The notes below the pieces were generated by a model. The model ran no database searches. It was not told where the DNA came from and saw only the letters and a program-made list of their open reading frames with translations. Made by a program: the position numbers and the translations under genes. Shown in pieces: positions 19,551 to 29,461 of a stretch of 64,000 nucleotides of DNA; positions within the stretch are counted from its first letter, which is position 1, and each line of letters begins with the position of its first letter. Source of the stretch: Alphaproteobacteria bacterium (GTDB lineage Bacteria > Pseudomonadota > Alphaproteobacteria > GCA-2731375); the NCBI GenBank assembly GCA_965232515.1, contig CBDDPY010000002.1, positions 6,560,001 through 6,624,000 on the forward strand. The letters run 5' to 3'.

Positions 19551-21656
19551 ATGAGCGCAACGGTTGCGAGCCACGCGGCCGCAGTGTTTGCCTATCTGGT
19601 GCTGACCCTGCTGCTGCTGTTTTCGCGCAGTTCGACCGCGCTGGGTCGCTTGCTGCTCGTCACCTGCGGGTTGACGACGCTTTGGGCGGCGCTCGTCGTC
19701 TATCACGACCTGGTGCCTTATCGGTTCCCGCTGGCGGTCGAACTGGCCGAGATCGCCCGCACGGCCTCCTGGCTGATTTTCCTCGGCGGTTTGATCGTGC
19801 CGACGGCGGCATGGCTGGCGCCGATGTGGCGGCGGCGGTTTCTTGCGCTGTTGCTGGCCGGGCTGGTCGGCGGCTTGGCGCTGATCGAGGTTCTGGTCGA
19901 CCCGCAGATCGGATTGCTGGCCGGTGGCGCCCTCAGCCAGACCCTGCAGACGCTGCGGATCATTGGCTATCTGTCGCTCGCGGTGCTGGGGCTGGTCTGC
20001 GTCGAGAACATATTTCGCGGCGCCTCGACGGATTCGCTCTGGGCCCAGAAGTTCCTGGTGATCGGCGCCGGGCTGATCTTCGTCTACGACTTCTTCATCT
20101 ACTCCGATGCATTGCTGCTGAACCGGTTCGACGACAAGCTGTTCGACAGCCGCGGCGTCGTGAACGCCCTGGCGGTGCCGCTGATCGCGGTCGCGGCCAG
20201 CCGAAACCGGCAATGGTCGGTCGAGATCCATGTTTCACGCGGCGCCGTGTTTCACACCGCGGCAATCATCGGCAGCGGTGCCTACCTCGTCGCCATGGCC
20301 CTGGTGGGCTATTACCTGCGCACCCGGGGCGGCGCCTGGGGCGTCCTGTTCCAGACGGCGTTCCTGTCGGCGGCCTTTGTGTTCATGCTGCTGGCGCTGT
20401 TCTCGGAGGCCGTACGGGCGCGGATCCGCTTGTTCATCGCCAAGAACTTCTTTTCCTACAGCTACGACTACCGGCTTGAATGGTTGCGCTTCCTCGAAAC
20501 CATTTCGGGCGGGATCGGCAACCTGCACGACCGAGCCATCCGCGCCATGGCCGACGTGGTCGACAGCGCCTCGGGCGCGATTTGGGTCCGGGGCGTGGAT
20601 GACGAGGCCTATTATCCGGCGGCCCGTTGGAACTTCGGTGGCAAGCTGCCCTTCGTCGGCGCCGACACCCCGCTGATCGCCTTTCTGGAGCAGAATAATT
20701 GGATCGTCGATCTTAACGAATACGCGAACCGTCCCGATCTATATAAGGAACTGCAATTGCCGCGCTGGTTGCAGGAACTGTCGAAGGCATGGCTGGTTTT
20801 GCCGCTCCGGCGCCGGCAGCGTCTGGAAGGCTTTCTTGTCCTTGGCCGACCTCGGGCGTCGCGTCGCCTCGATTGGGAGGATTTCGATCTGTTGAAGACG
20901 ATGGGGCAACAGGTTGCGAGCTATCTGGCCGAGGAGGCCGCGCTGCGGGCGTTGGTCGACGCGCAGCAATTGCAGCAATTCAACCGTAGGTTTGCTTTCG
21001 TCATCCACGACATCAAGAATATCGCCAGCCAGCTTTCCCTGGTGCTGTCGAACTCCGAACGTCACGGCGACAATCCGGAATTCCAGCGCGATGCCATGCG
21101 CACCGTGCGCAACGCCGTGCAGAAGATGGGCGGGCTATTGGGGCAGTTGAAGCTGGACGAGCGCGCCGGCGCGTCCGCCGTGCGGCCGCTGGCCCTGGCG
21201 CCGGTGATCCGCGATGTTGCCCGGCCCTGGCTCAACGCCGCGCCGCCCGTGACCCTGAAGATCAACGACGAACATATCGAGGCGATGGCGGAGGAGGAGC
21301 GGTTGTCCGCGGTCATCGGCCATCTGTTGCAGAATGCAGTCGAGGCGGTGGACGCCGACGGCGTGATCACCCTGTCGCTGGACCTGGACGGCGATACGGC
21401 GGTGATTTCGGTCGCCGACAATGGGCCGGGCATGGATGCCGAGTTCATCCGCGACGAGCTGTTCCGGCCGTTGCACACCACCAAGCGCACGGGCTCGGGT
21501 CTCGGCGCCTATCAGACGCGCGAGCTGGTCCGGGAAATGGGCGGCCGGCTGGACGTGATCAGCGCGCCCGGCGCCGGCACCACGGTCAAGGTCCTGCTGT
21601 CGACGGTCAGCGAGTTTGTCGAGCCGGCCGCCGCGCAGGCCGGACGGAGAGGCTAG
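19551..21656 (+). CDS. prsK: PEP-CTERM system sensor histidine kinase
   Basis: Multi-TM N-terminus, YDYRLEWLRF, GAF-like region, H-box HDIKN, HLLQNA and DNGPG. Confidence 0.93.
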   Translation: MSATVASHAAAVFAYLVLTLLLLFSRSSTALGRLLLVTCGLTTLWAALVVYHDLVPYRFPLAVELAEIARTASWLIFLGGLIVPTAAWLAPMWRRRFLALLLAGLVGGLALIEVLVDPQIGLLAGGALSQTLQTLRIIGYLSLAVLGLVCVENIFRGASTDSLWAQKFLVIGAGLIFVYDFFIYSDALLLNRFDDKLFDSRGVVNALAVPLIAVAASRNRQWSVEIHVSRGAVFHTAAIIGSGAYLVAMALVGYYLRTRGGAWGVLFQTAFLSAAFVFMLLALFSEAVRARIRLFIAKNFFSYSYDYRLEWLRFLETISGGIGNLHDRAIRAMADVVDSASGAIWVRGVDDEAYYPAARWNFGGKLPFVGADTPLIAFLEQNNWIVDLNEYANRPDLYKELQLPRWLQELSKAWLVLPLRRRQRLEGFLVLGRPRASRRLDWEDFDLLKTMGQQVASYLAEEAALRALVDAQQLQQFNRRFAFVIHDIKNIASQLSLVLSNSERHGDNPEFQRDAMRTVRNAVQKMGGLLGQLKLDERAGASAVRPLALAPVIRDVARPWLNAAPPVTLKINDEHIEAMAEEERLSAVIGHLLQNAVEAVDADGVITLSLDLDGDTAVISVADNGPGMDAEFIRDELFRPLHTTKRTGSGLGAYQTRELVREMGGRLDVISAPGAGTTVKVLLSTVSEFVEPAAAQAGRRG

Positions 21657-21657
21657 G

Positions 21658-23031
21658 ATGGCGGTCGATCAGCTTGAGCTTCTGATCGTCGAGGACGATC
21701 CCGGACTGCAGAGCCAGCTCCGCTGGGCAATGTCGGAGCACAACGTGCATCTGACCAGCGACCGCGAGTCGGCGGTCGACGCGATGGAGCGGCACGGCCC
21801 GGCGGTGGTCGTTCTCGACCTCGGCCTGCCGCCCGACGCCAACGGCGCGACCGAAGGTCTGGCCACGCTCGATGCCCTGCTGTCGATGCGGCCGGAGACC
21901 AAGGTCATCGTCGCCAGCGGCAACGAGGAGCGCGCCAACGCCGTGCGCGCGATCAGCCTTGGCGCCTACGACTTCTGCGCCAAGCCCGTCGACATCGACA
22001 TGCTGCGGCTGATCATCGAGCGGGCCTGGCACGTCTACAAGCTGGAAGCCGAGAACCGCAAGCTGATGCAGGTCGGCGAAAGCGCGCCCTTCGGCGGCAT
22101 CATCACCGCCGACAGCGAGATGATGGCCGTCTGCCGGACCGTCGAAAAGATCGCGCCGACCGACGTCACGCTGCTCATTACCGGCGAAAGCGGCACCGGC
22201 AAGGAGCTGCTGTCGAGCGCGCTTCACGCCGCCAGCCAGCGCGCCGGCAACAGCTTCGTCGCGATCAATTGCGCGGCGATTCCCGAGAACCTTCTGGAGA
22301 GCGAGCTCTTCGGCTTCGAGAAGGGCGCCTTCACCGGAGCCGCCAAGCAGACCGTCGGCAAGATCGAGCTGGCGGACGGCGGCACGCTGTTTCTTGACGA
22401 GATCGGCGATTTGCCCGCCAGCCTTCAGGCCAAGCTGTTGCGGTTCCTGCAGGACCGCACGATCGAGCGCCTGGGCGGCCGCAAGTCGATCTCCGTCGAT
22501 GTGCGGATCGTCTGCGCCACCAATCAGAATCTGGAGGCGATGATCGAGGAGGGTACCTTCCGCGAAGACCTCTATTATCGCCTGAAGGAGATCAGCGTCG
22601 AGATCCCGCCGTTGCGGTCCCGCCGGGGCGACAGCATATTGCTGGCGAAGTTTTTCCTCGAACGCTTCAACACCCAGTACAGCAAGTCCCTTCGCGGCTT
22701 CTCCGACGACGCCATCCAGGCCGTTTCGCGTTATTCCTGGCCCGGCAACGTGCGCCAGCTCGAGAACAACGTGAAGAAGGCCGTGATCATGGCCGAGGGC
22801 AAGACGGTCACGGCCGAGGATCTCGATCTGGAAAACCTGATCCGCAATGCCAGCGACAACCGCCCGCACACGCTGAAGGAGGCGCGCGAGTATGCCGAGC
22901 GCCAGCTTGTCGAAGAAGTGCTGATCGCCACCGAGGGCAACATTTCCAAGACGGCCAAAATGCTGGGCGTCAGTCGACCGACGTTATATGACCTGATGCG
23001 TAATCTGGGGATGCGTACGGACGACGAGTAG
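21658..23031 (+). CDS. prsR: PEP-CTERM system sigma-54 response regulator
   Basis: Receiver (VEDD, LDLGLPP), [22 protein letters not shown] and Fis-type HTH (GVSRPTLY). Confidence 0.94.
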   Translation: MAVDQLELLIVEDDPGLQSQLRWAMSEHNVHLTSDRESAVDAMERHGPAVVVLDLGLPPDANGATEGLATLDALLSMRPETKVIVASGNEERANAVRAISLGAYDFCAKPVDIDMLRLIIERAWHVYKLEAENRKLMQVGESAPFGGIITADSEMMAVCRTVEKIAPTDVTLLITGESGTGKELLSSALHAASQRAGNSFVAINCAAIPENLLESELFGFEKGAFTGAAKQTVGKIELADGGTLFLDEIGDLPASLQAKLLRFLQDRTIERLGGRKSISVDVRIVCATNQNLEAMIEEGTFREDLYYRLKEISVEIPPLRSRRGDSILLAKFFLERFNTQYSKSLRGFSDDAIQAVSRYSWPGNVRQLENNVKKAVIMAEGKTVTAEDLDLENLIRNASDNRPHTLKEAREYAERQLVEEVLIATEGNISKTAKMLGVSRPTLYDLMRNLGMRTDDE

Positions 23032-23085
23032 TCGGCGGCACAGCGATCCGCCGCAGCAACATCAATGGATTGAGAGACTGGAACT

Positions 23086-25908
23086 ATGCCCAAGCGCAAG
23101 AGATCATCTCGCAGCTTCTTTCGGAGCAAGGGATTTATCGCGCTGATCGTGCTGGTCGTGGTGATCGCGGCCGCGGCGCCATTCGTTTTTCAGCGGCTGA
23201 TGGAGCGTGGTAGCGAGTCCTACATCGCCGAGGCCAAGTCCTATGCCGAGGGCGGCGACATCGCGGCCGCCATCATTCAGCTCAAGAATGCCGTCCGGGA
23301 CGATCCGGATGACGCTAATGCGCGCCTGATGCTGGGCAAGGCCTACCTGCAGACCCGCAAATACGCCGACGCCGAGAAAGAGCTGCGCGCGGCGCTGTCG
23401 CGCGGCTCGACCGAGGCGGAGCTGGCGGCCCTGCTGGCCCGCGCCTACTACCATCAGGGCAAGTTCGACGAGATCCTGAATGATGTCGCCAGCGGCGACC
23501 GCGGCGCCGAGGTCGAGTCGCAGATCCTGAGCTATCGCGGCCACGCCTATCGCGGCAAGCGGGAGTTCGAGAAGTCCGAGGAGGCCTTCCTCAAGGCCCT
23601 TGAACTGACGCCGGGCGACACGCTGGCGAACTATGGCCTGGCGCTGCTGTTTCAGCAGCAGAACGAGCTGGAGAAGGCAGAAGCCGCGGTCGACGAGGTT
23701 CTGGCGGCCAATGCCGACTCGGTGGAAGCGATGAATCTCAAGGGCCAGCTCCGCCGCCGCGCCGGTGACGCCGATGGCGCGCTCGTTCAGTTCGACCGCG
23801 CGCTTGCCGTCAATGCCGAGAGCATGGCGGCCAACCTGGGCCGCGCCGCCATTCTGGTGGCGCGCGGCGAGGACGCCGACGCCAAGGGCAACATCGACGC
23901 CGTCCTCGCGCGGCAGCCGAAACATCCGGTGGCGAACTATCTGATCGCCGTCAAGCAGGCCCGTGACGGACTGAACCAGGAAGCCATCAACACCCTGCAG
24001 CGGTCCGGCGAATTCCTGCGCAACTATCCGGCCGGGCTCCTGCTGATGGCCTATCTCAACACCCGCGAGAACCAGCTCGAGCAGGCCGAACAGCACCTGC
24101 GCACCGCCATGGGACTGGTGCCCGACAACCCGGCGGTACGCAAGCTGCTGGCGAATGTCTATCTGCGCAAGGGAACGCCCGACAAGGCCGTCGGACTGCT
24201 GAAGCCGGTGGCCGAGCAGGGAACCCAGGATCTCCAGCTGCTGTCGTTGCTGGCGAACGCCTATCTGCGCGACCGTAAGCCGGCCGAGGCGGCGCAGCTT
24301 CTGGAGCAGATCGCCGCTGTCCAGCCCGAGAACGCGCAGCTGGCGACGCAACTCGCCCTCAGCCGGCTCCAGACCGGCCAGTCGGACGAAGCGGTCGCCG
24401 AGCTGCAGCAGATTCTCGAGACCGATCCCGACGCGACCCAGGCCGGCATCCTGCTCGTCCTGACCCACCTGCGAGAGAACCGCTTGGACGACGCCGAAAC
24501 CGCGGCGACCGATCTAAAGACGTCAATGGCCGACAGTCCGCTGCCGGACAACCTGCTGGGCGGGATCAGTCTGCGCCGCCGGGACCTGGCCGCGGCCCGA
24601 ACAAATTTCGGCGCCGCCCTTGAGGTCGACTCGCGCTTCGTGCCGGCCCACCTGAATCTGGCGCAGATCGATCTGGCGGAAGGCAAGGTCGACGACGCCA
24701 AGTCGCGCTATGAGCGGATCCTGAACATCAATGGCACGAATGTCGCCGCCATGATGGCGCTCAGCCGTCTGGCGTTTCAGGAGCAGAAGGCGGAGGAGGG
24801 CGTCAACTGGCTCGACAAAGCCATCGAGGCGCAGCCGCAGGCGGTGCAGCCGCGGCTCCGTCTCGTCGACTATCATCTTTCGGCCGATAACTCCTCGGCG
24901 GCGCTGACCGTCGCCCGCGCCATGGTGCAGGAGATGGCCGACAATCCGCTCGCCGTCGATGCGCTCGGCCGTGCGCAGTTCGCCGCCGGCCAGACGGCCA
25001 GCGCGGTGACGGCCTTCCGTCGCGTCGTTTCGCTGGCGCCCAACTCGCCGGTGGCGAGACAGCGCCTGGCGCAGGTGTTGGTGTCGGTCGAGAACTTCAA
25101 CGATGCCCGAGACACGCTGAAGCAAGCGATCGAGCTTGCCCCCCGCTACGTGCCGGCCTATCTCAACCTGATCACACTCGAGGTGAATCAGGACAATCAC
25201 GACCAGGCGATTGGCATTGTCGAGCAGCTGCGCAAGGCGATGCCGGATTCGCCCGTCGCGGATCTGGCGCTCGGCGACATCAAGGCCGAGCAGGGTGCCT
25301 ACGAGGAGGCGATCGACGCCTACAACGCCGGTCTGGCGGTGGAATCGAACAGCCGCATCGTCGCCCGCCGCTACCGCGCCCGCGTGAACATGGGACAGCG
25401 CGACGTGGGCTTCCAGGAGCTGCGCGATTGGCTGACGGCCAACCCCGAGGACGATGCCATTCGCTTCACGCTTGCCAGCGACCTTTTGGCGAACGGCGAA
25501 TCCGACGAGGCCCTGGCCGAGCATGAGAAGCTGTTGGAGCGGCAGCCCGGCAACAACATCATACTGAACAACCTGGCCTGGCTGTACGACCAGAGAGGCG
25601 ACCCGCGGGGCCTTGAGTATGCCGAGAGAGCCTATGAGGGCGCGCCGCAATCGCCGGCGATCAAGGACACGCTGGGCTGGGTTCTGCTGCGCAACGGCCA
25701 GACCGAGCGGGCATTGACCCTGCTGCGCGAAGCCGCCGAGATCCTGCCCGACAATGCGGAGATCCAGTATCACTTCGCCGCCGCGCTGGAGAAATCCGGC
25801 GACCGGGATCAGGCCAAGGAGATCCTTCAGCGCATTCTGACGGCGGACGCCAACTTCGCCGGCATGGAAGACGCGCGCCAGCTGCTGGACAGCTTGTCGG
25901 GCGGATAA
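23086..25908 (+). CDS. prsT: PEP-CTERM system TPR-repeat protein
   Basis: AIIQLKNA, TPR repeats, LNNLAW..DTLGW; follows prsKR. Confidence 0.9.
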   Translation: MPKRKRSSRSFFRSKGFIALIVLVVVIAAAAPFVFQRLMERGSESYIAEAKSYAEGGDIAAAIIQLKNAVRDDPDDANARLMLGKAYLQTRKYADAEKELRAALSRGSTEAELAALLARAYYHQGKFDEILNDVASGDRGAEVESQILSYRGHAYRGKREFEKSEEAFLKALELTPGDTLANYGLALLFQQQNELEKAEAAVDEVLAANADSVEAMNLKGQLRRRAGDADGALVQFDRALAVNAESMAANLGRAAILVARGEDADAKGNIDAVLARQPKHPVANYLIAVKQARDGLNQEAINTLQRSGEFLRNYPAGLLLMAYLNTRENQLEQAEQHLRTAMGLVPDNPAVRKLLANVYLRKGTPDKAVGLLKPVAEQGTQDLQLLSLLANAYLRDRKPAEAAQLLEQIAAVQPENAQLATQLALSRLQTGQSDEAVAELQQILETDPDATQAGILLVLTHLRENRLDDAETAATDLKTSMADSPLPDNLLGGISLRRRDLAAARTNFGAALEVDSRFVPAHLNLAQIDLAEGKVDDAKSRYERILNINGTNVAAMMALSRLAFQEQKAEEGVNWLDKAIEAQPQAVQPRLRLVDYHLSADNSSAALTVARAMVQEMADNPLAVDALGRAQFAAGQTASAVTAFRRVVSLAPNSPVARQRLAQVLVSVENFNDARDTLKQAIELAPRYVPAYLNLITLEVNQDNHDQAIGIVEQLRKAMPDSPVADLALGDIKAEQGAYEEAIDAYNAGLAVESNSRIVARRYRARVNMGQRDVGFQELRDWLTANPEDDAIRFTLASDLLANGESDEALAEHEKLLERQPGNNIILNNLAWLYDQRGDPRGLEYAERAYEGAPQSPAIKDTLGWVLLRNGQTERALTLLREAAEILPDNAEIQYHFAAALEKSGDRDQAKEILQRILTADANFAGMEDARQLLDSLSGG

Positions 25909-26049
25909 CTCCAATGGTCAGGTATCGGCCTCTACGCCCGATGGCATAAGGCTTTCGTGACGCATCATGCCGGGCCGCTCGCGGCCCGGCGATAGAAGTG
26001 CGGTTGACGGCCGACGACGGTCGGCGTTCGCTGTCCGCCCGGATCCGGG

Positions 26050-26391
26050 TTAGCTTTTGCTGCCTTTCAGCCAGGCGCCGGCCATGGTGCGGTGATCGGC
26101 ATCGGCCGAGTTGGCGTAGATGTGCGCCTGTTCGAGACAGTTTACCGGTTCGTTGCCGAGCCGCTCGACCAGGATGCGCACGAACTGGGGGAACACCTCG
26201 CAGAAGACGGTGAAGTCCCGGAAGTCGTCGCGCAGTTGGTCGTGCATCTCCTTCAGGGCGATCAGGCGGTCGGGCCAGGATAGCGCCCGCAATGGCCCCA
26301 GACACCGATTCGCCCATTCTTCGGCCAGCAATTCAGGCGGCGTGTCGCCGGTGGCGGCTGGATTGTTGGCGCCGGTTGGCTCTTTACCCAT
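26050..26391 (-). CDS. Hypothetical protein
   Basis: Globular-looking ~113 aa ORF with genome-like codon use, filling the gap after prsT. Confidence 0.55.
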   Translation of the reverse strand: MGKEPTGANNPAATGDTPPELLAEEWANRCLGPLRALSWPDRLIALKEMHDQLRDDFRDFTVFCEVFPQFVRILVERLGNEPVNCLEQAHIYANSADADHRTMAGAWLKGSKS

Positions 26392-26897
26392 TACAACCAC
26401 CTGATCCTAGGCCTCTGTCGATCCGCCTATCGGCATTGGAGAACAACTGCGGTATCCGGGACGTTCCGATCAACCTCGCGCCCCAGAAATCGTAGGCTTT
26501 TCGAACATCTGCGGCCAGTGCTTCAGCGGTCCGACAGTCTGTGATTCGATATGCGATATCCGAGTCTCGATTACGAATTCTAACACAAGCACCTGCCCAG
26601 CGGCAGACTGGCGATATCCCCAGTATTTACATCCCCGCGTTACTTCAGCATGATCTATGACAAACAGACGTTAACGCGCCACAAGCTGAATAGTCGATTG
26701 TACAAATATGAAAAACAGGTTGGTGCGGTGGGTTGAATAAGGAAAAAGTTTCGTCGCCATCTTTGCCAGCGTGACTCAAACATCCCGAATTCCCAAGCCA
26801 ACAGTCCAAAATCCGACAGAGGTATCTGCAGCGCGCGTTGTCGTAACAGAGGGGTCGACCTGAAATCGTTGTCCGTTTGACTTTCTTGGGGGGAGCT

Positions 26898-27059
26898 ATG
26901 AACGGATTAAGTGCTGTAACGCGTTTCGGGGGTAGCCAGGATCTCGATCCGCAACCGCGATCGAAAATGAGCAAACGTCGGTCGATAGGCCTCATCGGCA
27001 TGTTGTCGTTCCTCGGGTGGATCGGCATTGTCGGCGTGGTCGCCGCGCTGATCTACTGA
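26898..27059 (+). CDS. Small membrane protein (53 aa)
   Basis: GGGGAG RBS before the ATG; basic patch followed by a C-terminal hydrophobic helix. Confidence 0.55.
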   Translation: MNGLSAVTRFGGSQDLDPQPRSKMSKRRSIGLIGMLSFLGWIGIVGVVAALIY

Positions 27060-27101
27060 TCGCCGCTCTTCCCGAGCGGTTGCGCGCCGGAACATCCGGC
27101 C

Positions 27102-27626
27102 CTAGTTGGCCGTGTCCAACATCTCGTGCGCGCGCAGGAGTTGCCGATAGTTGTTCAGTGCGTCGCCAAATCCATCGAGGCCGATCTGCGTGTCGTGTGG
27201 CAACCCGTCGGGTGACGTCTGCACGCGATAGACCAGGCGGCTGCCGGCCACCATCTCATTCAGGATGCTCGTCGCGTCGGCCCCGATCCAGCGGGCAAGG
27301 CCGGCGTCGACATTTGTCTCATGCACGCTTTGACCGTCGATCCGCAGGAAAGCCGGCAGGTCCGGCACGACATCGTCGCGGACCTCGATGGCGATCTGGA
27401 ACTGCTCGGGCGCGTATTCGTGCACCAGGATGACGTTTTGGCGGGTGGTGTGGTCGAGCGATGCGCTGGGCGCGCTGAACCGGCAGCGCTTGCTGCCGTC
27501 ATCGACCACTTCCCGCCAGCAGACGATCGACCAGTCGCCATAGCTGCGGAAATAGAACACATAGGCGGCGAGGGTTTCCGTCGCCGCGGCAATCAGTACA
27601 AGTCCGGCTAGCAGAACTGCCCGCAT
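27102..27626 (-). CDS. Invasion-associated locus B (IalB)-like exported protein
   Basis: Signal peptide, YGDWSIVC..C, and the C-terminal LDGFGDA pattern. Confidence 0.65.
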   Translation of the reverse strand: MRAVLLAGLVLIAAATETLAAYVFYFRSYGDWSIVCWREVVDDGSKRCRFSAPSASLDHTTRQNVILVHEYAPEQFQIAIEVRDDVVPDLPAFLRIDGQSVHETNVDAGLARWIGADATSILNEMVAGSRLVYRVQTSPDGLPHDTQIGLDGFGDALNNYRQLLRAHEMLDTAN

Positions 27627-27683
27627 TTCAATGCTCTAGCACCGCAACCTATGCTGCGGGTGTAGCAAAATTGGGCGGTGCTG

Positions 27684-28142
27684 TCAGTTCCGCGTTTGGC
27701 CGGTGCTGTCGCTGAGGGCGAATTCGCCCTGCCAGAGGCCGCGCCGGCGCGCCTTCGAGTCGGTCTCGAACCGTTGGTATCGCGCGCTGACCGCGCGCGC
27801 CCAACCGGTATAGACCATGCCCTCGGACAGGTCGTAGCCATTCGCCCGGCAAACCGCCGTCGTCTGGCCGTGCGCGTCCTCGCCCACGGTCGTGCAGCGT
27901 ACGCGCGCGCCGGCCGTCAGGTCCAGCAGGGCCGATCGCGCGACCCGCCCGCAGGGGATGGTCTTTTGCCGGAACGCGCACTGCGCGTCGGGCGCCGGCG
28001 TCCGGATGCCATAGAGCCGCACCTCTTGGCCGGCGATGGCGATCGTGCTGGCATCGACGATCTCGAACGGGCCACTCAGTTCCGCCGCCATGGCGGTGCC
28101 CGGCAGCGCCAGACCGGCAATCAGGATCAACCGTTTCAACAT
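27684..28142 (-). CDS. Thermonuclease (SNase)-fold exported protein with degenerate active site
   Basis: Signal peptide; VRLYGI, C..CG..A, MVYTGWA and GLW scaffold. Confidence 0.8.
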   Translation of the reverse strand: MLKRLILIAGLALPGTAMAAELSGPFEIVDASTIAIAGQEVRLYGIRTPAPDAQCAFRQKTIPCGRVARSALLDLTAGARVRCTTVGEDAHGQTTAVCRANGYDLSEGMVYTGWARAVSARYQRFETDSKARRRGLWQGEFALSDSTGQTRN

Positions 28143-28353
28143 GGGCCAATGATAGCTTTTGCGTTGGCCGGCTGGCCATTCACGCTACCGCGAGATGTGT
28201 TATCAACAATTCCCCGGGGGTGCCGCCGCATGTCTGGATTTCGGCGTCCGCCGCGCTATGTCATGTTGCCGTACGCTATGATAGGGGGTGGCGATCACGC
28301 GGGGGACGCATGGTCGCGGGCCACGGGGCATAGTAGGCTGTCAGGGGAACGAC

Positions 28354-29010
28354 ATGAACGACATTGCGGGCATGGGGGTCAGCAACTTGACCGAAAGCCT
28401 GGAGAAAGAACGGACCGAAGCCATCGCTCGCCGGCCGAGCCGGGACGAGGCCGAGGAGGCCGTGCGGACGTTGATCCGTTGGGCCGGCGACGATCCGGCC
28501 CGCGAGGGACTGCTCGGGACACCGGACCGGGTCGTACGCAGCTTCGAGGAGTTTTACGCCGGCTATACCTCCGATCCGGTGGAATTGCTGCAGCGCACCT
28601 TCGAGGAGACCGACGGCTACGACGAAATGGTCGTCCTGCGCGATATCCGGTTCGAGAGCCATTGCGAGCACCACATGGTGCCGATCATCGGCGTCGCCCA
28701 TGTCGGCTATCTGCCGCGGCACCGGGTCGTCGGCATCTCCAAGCTGGCGCGTGTGGTCGAGGTCTATGCCAAGCGGCTGCAGATTCAGGAGAAGATGACC
28801 GCGCAGATCGCCAACACGATTAACGATGTCATGCAGCCCTACGGCGTCGGCGTCGTCATCGAGGCGGCGCATCAATGTATGACCACCCGCGGCGTGCACA
28901 AGCCGGGCGTCGACATGGTGACCAGCCGCATGCTCGGCGATTTCCGCGACAATCCGACGACCCGCCGCGAGTTCCTCGCGATGATCGGCCGACCCGGGCA
29001 CGTCGGCTAG
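28354..29010 (+). CDS. folE: GTP cyclohydrolase I
   Basis: [33 protein letters not shown] and HQCMTTRG. Confidence 0.96.
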   Translation: MNDIAGMGVSNLTESLEKERTEAIARRPSRDEAEEAVRTLIRWAGDDPAREGLLGTPDRVVRSFEEFYAGYTSDPVELLQRTFEETDGYDEMVVLRDIRFESHCEHHMVPIIGVAHVGYLPRHRVVGISKLARVVEVYAKRLQIQEKMTAQIANTINDVMQPYGVGVVIEAAHQCMTTRGVHKPGVDMVTSRMLGDFRDNPTTRREFLAMIGRPGHVG

Positions 29011-29029
29011 ACCGGAAAGATTCCGCGCC

Positions 29030-29056
29030 TGTCGATTCCGTCGCCGATCGTTCGTC
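29030..29056 (+). promoter_or_regulatory. ECF42-type autoregulatory promoter
   Basis: TGTCGA-N17-CGTC upstream of the YciI/ECF pair, matching the described ECF42 -35/-10 motif. Confidence 0.65.
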
Positions 29057-29101
29057 TCTGTTCCGTTAGGGCATTGAACATCGCAACGGAGGAGCAAGGC
29101 G

Positions 29102-29452
29102 ATGCCGAAATTCATGCTGTTGTTGCACGAACGGGCCGGCGAGGAGAGTGACCTGTCGCCGGAGGAAATCCAGGGCATCATCCAGAAGTACCGCGACTGG
29201 AGCCAGCAGATGGGCGAGGCCGGCAGGCTCGTCGGCGGCGATAAGCTGACCGATGACAACGGCAAGGTCCTGCGGCCGGGCGCCGGCGGTGTCTCGGTTA
29301 CCGACGGACCCTATGCCGAGACCAAGGAGGTCATCGGCGGCTACTTCCAGATCGAGGCCAGCGACTACGCCGAAGCGGTCGAGATCTCCAAGACCTGCCC
29401 GCACCTCGCCTACGGCGGCAACATCGAGATCCGGCAGGTTGACGACGTCTGA
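29102..29452 (+). CDS. YciI/DGPF family protein
   Basis: VTDGPYAETKEVIGGY; precedes an ECF sigma factor. Confidence 0.9.
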   Translation: MPKFMLLLHERAGEESDLSPEEIQGIIQKYRDWSQQMGEAGRLVGGDKLTDDNGKVLRPGAGGVSVTDGPYAETKEVIGGYFQIEASDYAEAVEISKTCPHLAYGGNIEIRQVDDV

Positions 29453-29461
29453 CGCCTCCAT

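Noticed and set aside
1-25908. The XrtA/PEP-CTERM EPS locus as a novel system
   Set aside because: Gene content and order match the described exosortase A system; only the deviations are reported as findings. Wzx/Wzy probably lie outside the window.
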